Counted from the whole stretch's first letter, positions 49,829-63,066 are shown. The stretch: 63,657 nucleotides of DNA, filler included, from Octopus bimaculoides (GCF_001194135.2; 5 parts of 4 records of this genome joined end to end with filler, not necessarily neighbours in it), one strand, 5' to 3'. The notes: generated from the sequence alone by a model not told the origin. A program made the numbers and translations.

Positions 49829-51011
49829 CCTCCTCAACCTGTACCCCAGTATTTTAAGTCTTTTTGTGGTTAAGAATCTCACTTTGCAGGTTCAATCTCA
49901 CTGCACAGCACCTTGGGCAAATTTCTTCTACAACGGCTTAGTGAATTTGGTAGATGAAAACTGTGTGGAAGCTTATCATATATGTGTTTGTGTTTGTCCT
50001 TCCCCATCTCCACCATTGTTTGACAACTAGTATTGTTATGTTCACATCCTTGTAACTTAGCAGTTTGATAAAAGAGACTAATAGAATAAGTACTAGATTT
50101 AAAAAATAAATACTGAGGTCAATTTGTTTGAGTAAACCCTTCAAGGCAGTGCCCCAGCATGGACTCTGTCTAATGACTGAAACAAGTAAAAGATAAAAAG
50201 GTAAAAGGTAATTGCTTCATCAAAGGAGGAGAAACAGCATTGTTGACCCTTTTTAAGAGCCTCAGAGGCTGGATACACTTAGTCTGAAGAAAGCAGAAAT
50301 CATTGATGGAAATGGAAATGGGTGGGAGGTACATAAAGGATTCAGTGTTCTCTTACTTTCAGCTCCAGTGTGGGGCTGGGGCTATTTATAGCATCTATCC
50401 TCCATCCTTCTTTTCTAACCTCAGTGTACCCAATGTCCATCAGTTGCATGGTCATGGTTGGAAGCTTTTTGATAACAGCTGTGTTTGATCATTGCTGATT
50501 TGGATCTAAACAGCAGTAACAACAACAGCAAATACCACCCCTCTATCAACATTCCACCTACCTACCCACCTTATATCTCATTCTCATATTTCTGCCACCA
50601 TGACTAACCTCCTCCTCCTCTGATTTCACACAAACCTAAACTTGTTCACTTCATTTCCATCTCAGATATTCACCAACACAAACCAAAAGACAGACAGATA
50701 AAGAAACACACAAGGACAAACAAATCAACAAGTGAGTCCAAAATAGACTCTTCCCTTACCCGCTAGAAATAACAAGCAAATGTCTCTTTAAAATATGCAG
50801 AATCATTTTGAGTGTTAGACAAACTACCTTGCTGTGTTTATTTACAAGTTTTTGCATTCTGACTTTAGCAAGTCAAAACTTGTATTTCATACATACACCC
50901 AACTGGATTGATTAAATAAAGCAGGAATTAGTGTTGGGTGATTTATTGCTCTTGTAATGAACGAATCATTGATGGGAATGGAATTGTTGTGGGAATTTCT
51001 GCAATAAAGAA

Positions 51012-51233
51012 TTATCGCTATTCTTTTCTGCTCTAGGCACAAGGCCCAAAATGTTTTGGGTAGGGGCCAGTCGATTAGATCAACCCCAGTATGCAACAGG
51101 TACTTAATTTATCGACCCCGAAAGGATGAAAGGCAAAGTCAACCTCAGTGGAATTTGAACTCAGAACATAAAGACATGAAATACCGCTAAACATTTCACC
51201 CAGCTTGCTAACATTTCTGCCAGCTCACTGCCT
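51012..51233 (-). mobile_element. SINE family B copy, CpG-decayed
   Basis: Colinear with 15880-16062 but most CG replaced by TG or CA. Confidence 0.85.
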
Positions 51234-51597
51234 TAAAGAATTATCCATTTTGCACATTGTATGTGTAAGGTATGGCTTCCCCCAACTATGTGGTTTCTGG
51301 GCATGACAACTTGGACAAAGCGTTTGTTACTAGCCCCCCAGATTGACCAAAACCTTGTGAATGGATTTGGTACACAGAAACTGAAAGAAGCCTGAATGTG
51401 TGTGTAAAAAACATGTCTGGTCATGGGGAATTAATACATTACTTGAAAACAGATGAGGTTGGTAACAGGAAGGGCATCTGGTCATGGAAATTTGCTTCAA
51501 CAAAATTCTGATCAACTTATGCGAGCTGCAAACATAGGAAAGTGGATGTTAAAAAACAAACAATCCAGTCAGACTTAAGTCTTCACCCCAGTTATTG

Positions 51598-52200
51598 TCA
51601 TCATCATCATAGTTTTAACGTCTGTTTTTCCATGCTGGCATGGGTTGGACGGTTCAACTGGGGTCTGGGAAGCCAGAAGGCTGCACCAGGCTCTAGTCTG
51701 ATCTGGTAGTGTTTCTACAGCTGGATGCCCTTCCTAATGCCAACCACTCTGAGAGTGTAGTGGGTGTTCTTTTACGTGCCACCGGCACAGGGGCTCGAGG
51801 GGGCTGGCATCAACCATGATCAGATGGTGCTTTTTACGTATCACTGGCACGGAAGCCAGTCAAGGCAGTGCTAGCATTGACCATGTTCAGGTGGTGCTTT
51901 TTATATGCCACCGGCATGGGGATTACAACTACAATTTCCATTTGAATGTGATGTACTTGACTCAATAGGTCTCCTCAAACATGGCATGTCACCCTACAAT
52001 CCAAGGAACTTTTGAGTGGTCTGGCTATGTGACACTGGTGTAGGTTACAGCTGTGAACTCACTCTATTTGCCGGGTCTTCTCAGTCATAGCGTATCTCCA
52101 GTGGTCCTTTGTCATTACCTCTGTGAGGCCCAACGTTTGAAGGTCATGCTTCCCCACCTCATTCCATGTCTTCTTGGGTCTCTCTCTACCCTGGATTCAT
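51598..52200 (-). mobile_element. RTE 3' fragment
   Basis: CAT tail, 3' UTR with internal repeats, end of ORF (GRPKKTW-like). Confidence 0.85.
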
Positions 52201-52647
52201 TTCACTGTTTGGGAGTGGCAAGAATTTGGTACAAGAAATAAAAAGAATTATACAAATTTAAATTAAAAATGTTAAACCAAGAGCCTGGTAAAAAAGATTA
52301 AAATCTCTTATCACTGATTATCATCAATAGGTTAAACATTAATATATAAGCATTGGTTGATTGTAAAATATTAAGTGTTAAATACTGTCTTGATCTGATG
52401 GGCATGAGTTCAATCTTTGAGTAAGTCAGTTTATTATTCTGTGGTTCATTGCTGCAAGCTAACAGAATTGTTAACATGCTCGACAAAATGCCTAGAGGTA
52501 TTTCATTTATCTTTAGATTTTGAGTTCAAATTCTGTCAAGATCAATTTTTTGCCTTTTATCCTTTCAGGGTCAATGAAATATGTTGGAGTTGATGTAATC
52601 AGCTAGCCCAGTCCCACAAAATTTTAGACCTTGTACTTATAGCAGAA

Positions 52648-52700
<53 letters not shown>

Positions 52701-52701
<1 letters not shown>

Positions 52702-53241
52702 GAGTAAGAGAGCAGCGCATGCCATCAAAGTGACACTGGGGTACTAATATATGAAGTCCAATATACCCATCATAACTACCCATCTGATAAGGGTACACCA
52801 GGCACATGCATCACAACCATATGTGTGCAACATCATGTTCTCAAACCATGATAAACAGTGCATGACCTTGCAGATGGGGCCAAGTTAGAATTTTATTCCA
52901 GTTGAGTAGCCCATCCTACTCAAAAGGTCTCTGAATAAGGGTTGTTTAAGGATGATGAACGAATCACCCATGTTTCCAGAGGTGAATTATTCAAACCCCA
53001 AAGAACTCCTCTCAACACATGGTTATGATGCTCCCCCACTACTTCTGCTCATGATCAGAGATGCACATATCGTCAGCCCCTAAGGGACATGCCCAAGTGG
53101 TTAAGGCCAAGCAATTGACTAGCAGAATATTTGCTGTAGCCCATCTTTTATACCAAGACAAACCAATGTACATGATAACACTTACAATAAGTTAAAATCA
53201 AAAGTTATGAGAGCCACTGCTTGGTACTGCATCAGGGCATT
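52701..53241 (-). mobile_element. ~540-bp non-coding retro-like element embedded in (ATT)n; second, truncated copy at 58098-58557
   Basis: The two copies are colinear ('gcatgccatcaaagtgacactgg..ccaagacaaaccaatgtacatgat'); the first is bounded by ATT repeats on both sides, the second is cut by the RTE insertion. Confidence 0.75.
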
Positions 53242-53271
53242 TATTATTATTATTATCGTTATTATTATTAA

Positions 53272-53485
53272 GGTAGCGAGCTGGCAGAATTGTTAGCATG
53301 CTGGGTAAAATGCTCAGCAGCATTTCATCCGCCTTTATGCTCTGAGTTCAAATTCTGCTGAGGTCGACGTTGTCTATTATCCTTTCAGGATTGATGAAAT
53401 AAGTACCGGTTATGCACTAGGGTTGATGTAATTGACTAGCCCCTCCCCCAAAGTTTCAGGCCTTGTGCCTATAGTAGAAAGGATT
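53272..53485 (+). mobile_element. SINE family B copy
   Basis: ggtagcgagctggcagaattgttagca..ttctgagttcaaattc..gaggtcgac..tcctttcagg. Confidence 0.85.
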
Positions 53486-53699
53486 ATCATTATTATTATT
53501 ATTATAGTTGCCATTCTGGAGAGACATGGTAAGTTGAAGCTCCATAAGATGTAAGAGTGTTTTTAATCTTTTCGGCCTTCTAAGACCCCATTCTTTCATA
53601 TTTATTGTCACCACCTTGTTTCTAACATTGTCAGGACTGCACTGATAATACTTTTGTTTAGAAACACCCGCTGTTTTTCAGGGAGTGTACATCAATATT

Positions 53700-56600
53700 T
53701 TTTTTAACTTTCGCCAACTATCTGAAAAGGCAAATATTTTGCTATTTTCCATATATATTGAAACATGGCTGATAAAGAAGTCACCATGATGTTCAATGAT
53801 GGGACACATTCCTTGTCAGAGAAGAAAGAGAATAGTGGTGTGGCATTGACTACACTAAATGATGTCACTGCCATGCCAGCGAAAACAAAACCTGAGGTTA
53901 ATACATTTTTCTCTCTAAGTAGCATCAAAACTTTTGACAATTCAGTAAAGCAGCAATCATTCAATGACGAGAACAACAACAACAATGTCAACAACAATAA
54001 TAGAGAAGTAAAACAAAGGAAAGGAAAGATAAACAAAGAAAATTTTGAAAGAAACACAAACATCACCACTGCCGTCACAACCACTTCTACCACCGCTACC
54101 TCTGCTGCAGCCACTAAAGTAGCTATGGCCATGACAAAGGATGTTGGTAAGGGAATTTCTTTTGCGAATGCTACAAGAAATTTGGAAGATTTCCTCATGG
54201 ATGAAGAAGAATTGAAATTGACCAGAAGAATTGCAAAAAGAAATGGGAGAAGAGTAGCCCTCAACTCTCCACCCGAAGTGATCAAAAACATCTTGAGATG
54301 CACAGTTATATAAAATTGTACCAGGTGGAAAATGCTTCTGAGAGTCAAATCCAAAAATAGCTTGGGTGCATGTGGGAACAGAAGACCCACATCACCTGAG
54401 CAAAGAAGTTTGGGACAATTGAAGTAAGATCTGGGACTGAAGAAGCCAGGTGTCTTTCTACGACAACATCGAGGAATGAAGACCTCTTCTTAATCCCCAG
54501 CTGTTGTGTCCAACACCTTGCTAAAGTTAAGGTGATGAACGTGCTGCCAGAATTATCCATTACCTGGTTAGTGGTGGGCATCTTGGCAGGAATAGAGGAA
54601 GACAAGGTGACTAACTTGGAGGTAAAGAAAATATCTCAACAAAGCTAGTCAGGTATAGGTATGGAACTGACCTCACAATGTAAGTAAATCTATATCAACA
54701 AACTACCTGACCTAATAGATCTCCCAGATGGTACTCACCTATCAGTGTTAGTGGAGGGTAGAAAGCCGAGATACTACATGTGTGAGTCATTGACTCACTT
54801 AAGTGCTTTCTGCCCTCAAACAAGGAAAACAAAACTCCCACTGCTGCCAACACTACAAGCACCACAAACACAAAATCAAGACTCCCACACCTACACCATG
54901 GCAACAAAATAGTTTACTCCTGGCTGCCACAGAAAAGCAAACTTCTCCTGAATGCCCTGCCTCCCAAACCAACAACAGCAATGACATGGAGAAAGAAGAG
55001 TAGACTGAACAATGGTTCACAGTGACAAAAGGAGGTAGATGAAAGATGAGGAGGGTACATTGCCCTACCCCCAAAAACACAGCAAAAAGATACACAAAAC
55101 CCACAACTGCAGCTCAATTCACAACCACTCCAACAAAAACAACAACTACAAAAACAGCAATATCATCAGCAACAGTAAGAAAACAGAATCAATCAATAAT
55201 CAAACTGCAAAAACAAGAAAATACTTCCAACTGTAGGTGAAATGTATCCATCAATTACACTGTTGTGAACAAATGTAACAGTGAATTGATGGATTTTGTG
55301 AATCAAAATAAAAGCAAAATTGAGATAGAGGGAAAGGAATTTAAGGATGTAATCCTCAAAACACCAAAGAGCAGGTTATTAATTAAAACATCCTCAGACA
55401 TTTATAAAACAATCTATGAAAAATTCCCAGCTAGTGAGAGGATATTTAAAAGATCAATTGACAAAAGGCTTTTGGAAGGGCCTTTCAAAAAACATTAGCT
55501 AGAAGTGAGGCCCAGAATTTCCAGGCTTCTTGAAAATCAAGGTGAGTGACCTCCTATTTTTCTTTCACCAACTAGTATGACCGCTGAGAGTGGGTGGGGT
55601 GAATTGTGCAAGGCCTGGGATCAGCTTAGAAGCAAGGTCATTTACTCAACAATCTCAGGTCACTTGATTTAGCTGTGGCTGCCATTAGTGAAAGCATGCT
55701 CTAGCATCCATTTTTGAGGACTACAAGAGATTCTCATCTTGTGGCCTACAAGGTATGGGTGGCAGTGTAGCAGTGCTATTCTGGAAATCCTTAGATTTCC
55801 AAGTATGGGCAAGCTTTTTGGATCCAGACAGTAAGGTAGTGGTCCTGGATGTGAATGGCAGTGAAGGTGATGCCTTTAGACTATTTATGCCCCAACAAGG
55901 GCTGGAAGACCAGATTTTGTAGGCGTCTAGAAACATTTTTTCAGAATATCTCATTCTTTAGTGGGGGGTTCGAAATGTATTTTGAATGCATGGAAGCATT
56001 GTGTAGGTCTAATACACAGCAGAAGTGAGTGTAAGAGCCTTGAAAATCTGCTCAGAAATTTCCAGCTGTTTGACAGGTACTGACTGGATTTCTCTGATAT
56101 GCCAGTGATGACATGGAGCAACCACAACAGGTTATCCAGATCATATCTAGATAAGGTATTTGTTAGGCCAGAGGATAGTCATAGCATAGGTTGTCCACAA
56201 TTTAAATTGGTTGGCTACACAGATCACAAATTTGTGATATGCACAGTTGATTTAGATAGGGCCCAGAGACAGGGACCTGGTTAGTGAAAGTTGAATGCAT
56301 ACTTTCCGACATGCAAAGACTATAGGGACTAGGTTAGTGAACTAGTTAAATGGCAGTTGGTGGGGGCAGTTGTCAACAACCAATGGTGGATTGGCTTGAA
56401 GAGGGGGATTAGAGTAGAAACAATAGAGTTTAGCAAATATTTACCAATAGAAAGAACCAGATCAGAGGGAGAACTAGTTAGCAAACTAGAAAAGACAATG
56501 AGTAAAGGTATTGCAATTGACATGTTAGCAGTGAGAATTGCTCTTGACCATTCTTTTGAGGCGAAACACAAAGGGTGCATTGTCAGAGCTAAGGCTCATA

Positions 56601-58090
56601 CACTAAAGCACCAAAGAACTAGAGCCATGCAATGGGCCCAAATAGTAGAGATGTGATGTGGAAACAAAACCACGATCAGGTCTTTGATGGATCAGAACAG
56701 GCGCATGCTACACTGCTCCAAATAGATGTGTGCAGCTTTCCAGCAGCACTTTGTGTGGCTGTTTGGGGAGGATGGTAGGTTGATTACGGTCGTAGACTTT
56801 AGTTCATACCTGGGTGACCTACTGTGGCAGAAAGCCAATAACAGCCATTGAAATAAGGGAGGCCATGAGCAATTACACAAATTGCAAGTTGCCCAGTTTA
56901 GATGGTCTGTCCTATGAATTCTATGTATTCATGCCAGATTTGTTTGGTAGCCTCTTGGCAGATGTCTTCTATAACTAGCAGCAGAATGAGAGAATTCCTA
57001 GTGCTGTTAGCTGGGTTGTGGTAACACTGCTGAAAAAGATGCTGGCAATGGAGACATGCTAGGAAATTTTCGGCCCATAACTCTGCTAAACACAGAATTT
57101 AAGATCTTGGTCAAGGTGTTAGTGAAAAGGTTGGCGTCAGTAATTTGATTAGGGAAGCACAAACATTTGCAATTCTGAACAAGTCTATCTACAACAGCCT
57201 CCACCTTATGCAATACATCGTAGAGAGGGCTGGGACTAAACTTGGGTTCGGTAGAGCCCTGATTAATTAGGATAAGTTGAAGGCATTTGATAAAGTCAAC
57301 AATCCCTACTTGAAAGTCGTCCTTATAGCGGCCAGTTTTGGACCCATTCTCAGAGGCTGGATCACTGCAATGCACAGCAGTACCTGCTCAGTGGTCAAAG
57401 TAAACAGCCACCAATTGGAACTGTTTTGCATTGCACATTTGGCCAGTCAGAGCTGTCCACACCACTTCCTCTGTGCTGGCTCTCAAGCCAATGCTGTGGA
57501 AGTTGGAACAGTTGAGGGGCACCCTTTTGAACCTGGACTTGAGAGGGCAGTGTTGGCACACATGGATGACATCACTGTCGTGGTGTCGGAAGCCTCTAAA
57601 GTGGAGACAGTCAGCCCCATTGCAAAGGAATATGAACCTGTTGCAGGGACCAAAATCAACAGCAAGAAGTTGGTGGGCTTACGACAGGGCACCTAGAGAA
57701 GGAGATTGATTACTACTGGATAGTATTGTCATACATTGGACTGACAGATCATTTAAACCACTCAAACATGCACTCAAGTTGCACTACCTGCAATGACTCT
57801 AAGTGTAAAACTGAGACTCAAAGGAAAGGAGTTGGAGATGGCACTGGACCTTCGTATCCAAAGAGATCTTGGACTGTGGGGTTCCTCGATTATCCTTAGA
57901 GATCCTCCTGTACCAGGAGGGCCATATCACTATCATTTTTTCCCCTCTCTTTTACTATCTATACTTCCCATTTTTTATTGAATACCATGTACACTTTTTT
58001 TTTTAGTCATTCCATTGTATGTTACCCCCACACTTTGTCTGCCTTTGTATTGTACCCCTCATTCTTTGCCCTGGTGGCAAATAAAAGAAA
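53700..58090 (+). mobile_element. Defective Tx1/L1-clade LINE: ORF1, APE endonuclease, 5' half of RT, apparent internal deletion, possible 3' UTR
   Basis: ORF1 from 53765 with VEGRKPR-YYMCESLTHLSAFC (decayed CCHC knuckle); EN motifs SYLDKVFV, YTDHKFV, GPG*WKLN; RT FRPITLLNTEFKIL, KAFDKV, HMDDIT, GTKINSKK; similarity stops at ~57720; AATAAA at ~58080. Confidence 0.85.
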
Positions 58091-58560
58091 TCATTCTTGA
58101 GTGAGAGAACAGTGCATGCCATCAAAGTGACACTGGTGTAAAATATACGAAGCCCAGTGTACCCATCATAACTACCCATCTGATAAGAGTACACCAGACA
58201 CGTGCATCACAACCATATATGCATGACATGGTGATCATGTATCAAGATAAACACTGCATGACCTTGCAGGAGGGGCTCAGTTAGAATTTTCTTCCGGTTG
58301 AGTTGCCCATTTCACTCAAAAGGACCTCGAATAAGGGTTATTTAACGATATTGAATGAAACCCCAAACAATTCCTCTCAGCACATGGCTATGATGCTTCC
58401 CCACTACTTCTGCTCATGATCAGAGGTGCACATATTTTAATCCACTAGAGGACATGCTCAACTGGTTAAGGTCAAACAACTGACAAGCAAATCTGTGGTA
58501 TTGAGTAGAATATTTGCTGTCACCCATCTTTTATACCAAGACAAACCAATGTACATGATG

Positions 58561-61500
58561 ATCATCATCATCATTGCTTAACGTCTGCTTTCCATGCTTG
58601 CATGGGTTGGACGATTTGACTTGGGACTGGTGAACCAGATGACTGCACCAGGCTCCAATCTGATCTGGCAGAGTTTCTACAGCTAGATGCCCTTCCTAAC
58701 GCTAACAACTCTGAGAGTGTAGCAGGTGCTTTTACGTGCCACTGGCACGAGGGCTAGTCAGGCAGTACTGGCAACGGCCACGTTCAAGTGGTGTTTTTTA
58801 CATGCCACCTGCACAGGAGCAGGTCCAGCAGTACTGGCAACGACCTCGCTCGAATGTTTATTCACGTGCCACCGGCACAAGTGCCAGTAAGGTGATGCTG
58901 GTAATGAACACATTCGAATGATGCTTTTTACGTGCTACTAGCATAGAAGCCAGTCGGCTGCTCTGGCAGCAATCACACTCGGATGGTGCTCTTAGCGCTC
59001 CACTGGCACGAGTGCCAGTTGTCGAATTTGCGAATTTGATTCGATTTCGATTTCATTTGCCTCAACAGATCTTCACAAGCAGAGTTTAGTGTCCAATGAA
59101 GGAAAGGTATGCATAAGTGGGCTGGTTACACCCTGGCATAGGCCATGGGTTATGGTCTCACTTGGCTTGCCGGGTCTTCTCACGCACAACATATTTCCAA
59201 AGGTCCCGGTCACAAGTCATTGCCTCGGTGAGGCCTAATGTTCAAAGGTTGTGCTTCACCACCTCAACCCAGGTCTTCTTGGGTCTACCTCTTCCACAGG
59301 TTCCCTCAACTGCTGGGGTGCGGCACTTTTTCACACAGCTATCCTCATCCATTCTTGCCACATGACCATACTAGCGCAGTCGTCTCTCTTGCACATCACA
59401 TCTGATGCTTCTTAGGTCCAACTATTCTCTCAAGGTACTTACACTCTGTCGAGTATGCACACTAACATTACTCATCCATTGGAGCATACTGGCTGCATTC
59501 TTTGCGAGCTTACACATGTCCTCAGCAGTCATGGCCCATGTTTCACTGCCATGTAGCATGGCTGTTCATACACATGCGTCATACAGTCTGCCTTTTACTC
59601 TGAGTGAGAGGCCCTTTGTCACCAGCAGAGNNNNNNNNNNNNNNNNNNNNNNNNNNNNNNNNNNNNNNNNNNNNNNNNNNNNNNNNNNNNNNNNNNNNNN
59701 NNNNNNNNNNNNNNNNNNNNNNNNNNNNNNNNNNNNNNNNNNNNNNNNNNNNNNNNNNNNNNNNNNNNNNNNNNNNNNNNNNNNNNNNNNNNNNNNNNNN
59801 NNNNNNNNNNNNNNNNNNNNNNNNNNNNNNNNNNNNNNNNNNNNNNNNNNNNNNNNNNNNNNNNNNNNNNNNNNNNNNNNNNNNNNNNNNNNNNNNNNNN
59901 NNNNNNNNNNNNNNNNNNNNNNNNNNNNNNNNNNNNNNNNNNNNNNNNNNNNNNNNNNNNNNNNNNNNNNNNNNNNNNNNNNNNNNNNNNNNNNNNNNNN
60001 NNNNNNNNNNNNNNNNNNNNNNNNNNNNNNNNNNNNNNNNNNNNNNNNNNNNNNNNNNNNNNNNNNNNNNNNNNNNNNNNNNNNNNNNNNNNNNNNNNNN
60101 NNNNNNNNNNNNNNNNNNNNNNNNNNNNNNNNNNNNNNNNNNNNNNNNNNNNNNNNNNNNNNNNNNNNNNNNNNNNNNNNNNNNNNNNNNNNNNNNNNNN
60201 NNNNNNNNNNNNNNNNNNNNNNNNNNNNNNNNNNNNNNNNNNNNNNNNNNNNNNNNNNNNNNNNNNNNNNNNNNNNNNNNNNNNNNNNNNNNNNNNNNNN
60301 NNNNNNNNNNNNNNNNNNNNNNNNNNNNNNNNNNNNNNNNNNNNNNNNNNNNNNNNNNNNNNNNNNNNNNNNNNNNNNNNNNNNNNNNNNNNNNNNNNNN
60401 NNNNNNNNNNNNNNNNNNNNNNNNNNNNNNNNNNNATAGCATCAGTGGTGCTTTTCCCTAGCATGAACCCAAACTGCATCTAATCTAAACTGACTCTCTC
60501 CCTAATTAGTTGGGCTATGACCCTCTCCATGACTTTCATTACCTGATCTAACAGCTTGATACCTCTGTAATTATTTGTATCTAAAGCGTCACCTTTACTT
60601 TTGTAGCAGTTGACTATGGTGCTGCTACACCGGTCATTGGGTATGACTCCTTCATGTATCACCTGGTTAACTATACGGTTGACTAGGCTATAGCTGACAC
60701 TGCCAGATATTTTGGGCATCTCTGCAGTGATTCCTGAAGGGTCGGGGACTTTCCCTGTCTTCATACTCTTAATAGCTTTATCTACCATAGTACTGTCAAC
60801 TCAGACAGCTGGTCCCTCTGTTGGGTCGACATTCGGCAGACTCTCTTTCTCCCATTCATTTTCTTTATTGAGTAACCTTTCATAGTGGCATCTGTAAACC
60901 TCTCTCTTTGCAGCCTCGTTTAGTGCAAGTGAACCATCATCCATGTGGACACATTTCTCTCTTACAACATCACGATTCTCTCTCACACACTGTCTTACAA
61001 CACAAAATACCTCAAGTCTTTGGTCTTCATGGCGCAGAACATTGGCAAATTTTTTCTTATCTGCTTCCTGTCTGGCTAAATAAACCTGTCTCCTAGCTTC
61101 CCTTCTGGCAGTCTGATACAATTCTCTGCTACCACTGTTCTTCCAGTCCTTCCAAGCCAATTTCTTTTGTCTAATAGCCTTGTCAACAACATTGTTCCAC
61201 CACCACGTTATTTTGGGTTGAGAGGGGACTTTGCACCATCCACAGATCTGGTCAGTAGCCTTCAGCAGGTTGTCCCGTAGAAACATCCAGTTGTCTTCTA
61301 CATCGTGTGAAGCTATATCCCCTTCTATTCTATCCATGGCTTCGAGTAATAAGTCTCTAAATCTCTGTCCATTCGCAGGATCTTTCAGCTTCCAGACCCT
61401 TCTCCTCCAAGTTGGTGGTCTTCTGGGCATCCACTTAGCCCTGATCCTGAAGTCACTAACTACTAGTCAATGTTGTGGGGTACATTCTTCACCTGGGAAA

Positions 61501-62270
61501 GTTATGGCATTTATAAGCAGCCATTTTTCCCTTTTTCTGATGAGGATGTAGTCAATTTGGCTAGTGTGTCTGTCAGAACGGTAGGTGACTAGGTGACTGG
61601 CAGGTTTCCTGAAGTTAGTATTGCAAACCATAAGATGATTTGCATTGTAGAACTCCAGCAGTCTGGTTCCCTCCTCATTGCGTGAACCAAAGCCATAGCC
61701 TCCATGTACGCCATGGAAGCCCCCTGCGTGTTGTCCAACATGTCCATTGAAGTCACCAACCACAAAGAGAAGGTCCCTGTCATTCGTCAACGAGGTCGTC
61801 TGCAAGAGGGTGTCATAAAATCTGTCTTTCTGTCCATCGGGTAGACCTGGCTGAGGGGCATAGGTCGAGATAATGGTTGCTAACCCATGATGAAGCACTA
61901 ATCTAATCTTAAGTATTCTGTAGCATACTCTGACTACCTCGATTACCTTATCCACCCATTTTTCCAGAAGAAGTATACCCATGCCCCCAACCCTGTCTGT
62001 GTTCCCTGCCCAGAAAATCTTGTACCTGTGTTCTTTGCCTGTGAGGAACCTAGCAGAACCTCCTTTGTACCTTACTTCTTGGAGGCAGTAGATATCGACA
62101 CATCTCCATACAAGTATCTCAACAATCTCACCAGACCTACCTTTCAGTGTGCCGACGTTGAGAGTGCAAACCCTGAGGATGTGGGAGGTGTGGGCCCGTG
62201 AGACCCTGGGACAGGGGACAGCAGCGTCATCTACCTGAAAAGAAAGCTCGCATTTGGCAGAATTCATTAA
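58561..62270 (-). mobile_element. Near full-length but broken RTE-clade LINE (APE + RT), partly in a gap
   Basis: TLNVGTLKG, CLQEVR, STYAPQ, VGDFNGHVG, SQIDYILIR (APE); NYRGIKLLDQVMKV, QFGF..GKSTTDA; 3' UTR and CAT tail at 58561; stops and frameshifts between ORF pieces. Confidence 0.95.
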
Positions 62271-62972
62271 GAAACAATAGCCTTCAATTCAACCTGCATA
62301 CACTACACTCTCATATTTTTGCACTATATGATCACTACCTTACATAGGAGATAGACCCTAAGTAGGGGTGGGGATGGCGTAAGGCGTTTTGAAGTGTTCA
62401 TGGGAGACAACCAAAGGAAGAGAGAGGCTAGGAATTTCTGGTACAGGTGGAGAGGGGTGGGAGTGTGGACGTACAGCGAACTAGCAAATTTAGACGAGAA
62501 CATCTTCTGGATATGTTTTCTTTTGACGGAGGCATTAAAAAGATCGAATAGGNNNNNNNNNNNNNNNNNNNNNNNNNNNNNNNNNNNNNNNNNNNNTTAA
62601 TTAATTAANNNNNNNNNNNNNNNNNNNNNNNNNNNNNNNNNNNNNNNNNNNNTAGAGAATAAATAATGTATTCACTTTCGAACTTCTTTTGAACTTGTCA
62701 CACCTTGGAACACATACATACATACATACATACATACATACATACATACATACATACATACATGCATAATACATACATATGTATACATATATTTATAGAA
62801 AAAAATTAATTAAGGTGCTCAGAAACCTGGATGTTTGTACATTTACAGATTTTTATTAATGTCACATATTAAGAAGCGCTTTTCACCTAGTCGTGTAGGT
62901 TTTTCAAATTGTTTATATATATATATATTTATATATATATTAATTGAAGTGTACAGTATTATATATCCATTA

Positions 62973-63066
62973 CGGCCGATCTTACCAAACAGTTTCGCAC
63001 TTGGGGTTCAACAGAGTGTTAGTTAACAGTCCGGTTATGTAACCCCGTGCTCATCAGAGTTAGCCG
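62973..63066 (-). ncRNA. Type I hammerhead ribozyme with intact core and elongated stem II
   Basis: cggctaact CTGATGA gcac-ggggtt-[32 nt]-aacccc-aa-gtgc GAAA ctgtttg GTA/ agatcggccg. Confidence 0.75.

Noticed and set aside
50682-50747. AG...GTGAGT-bounded 66-nt segment
   Set aside because: A-rich low-complexity sequence with no protein-like signal.
58725-59020. CRISPR-like appearance of repeated 'ttttacgtgccaccggcac' with variable intervening sequence
   Set aside because: The intervening parts are homologous to each other, the array lies in an RTE 3' UTR, the DNA is eukaryotic, and there are no cas genes.
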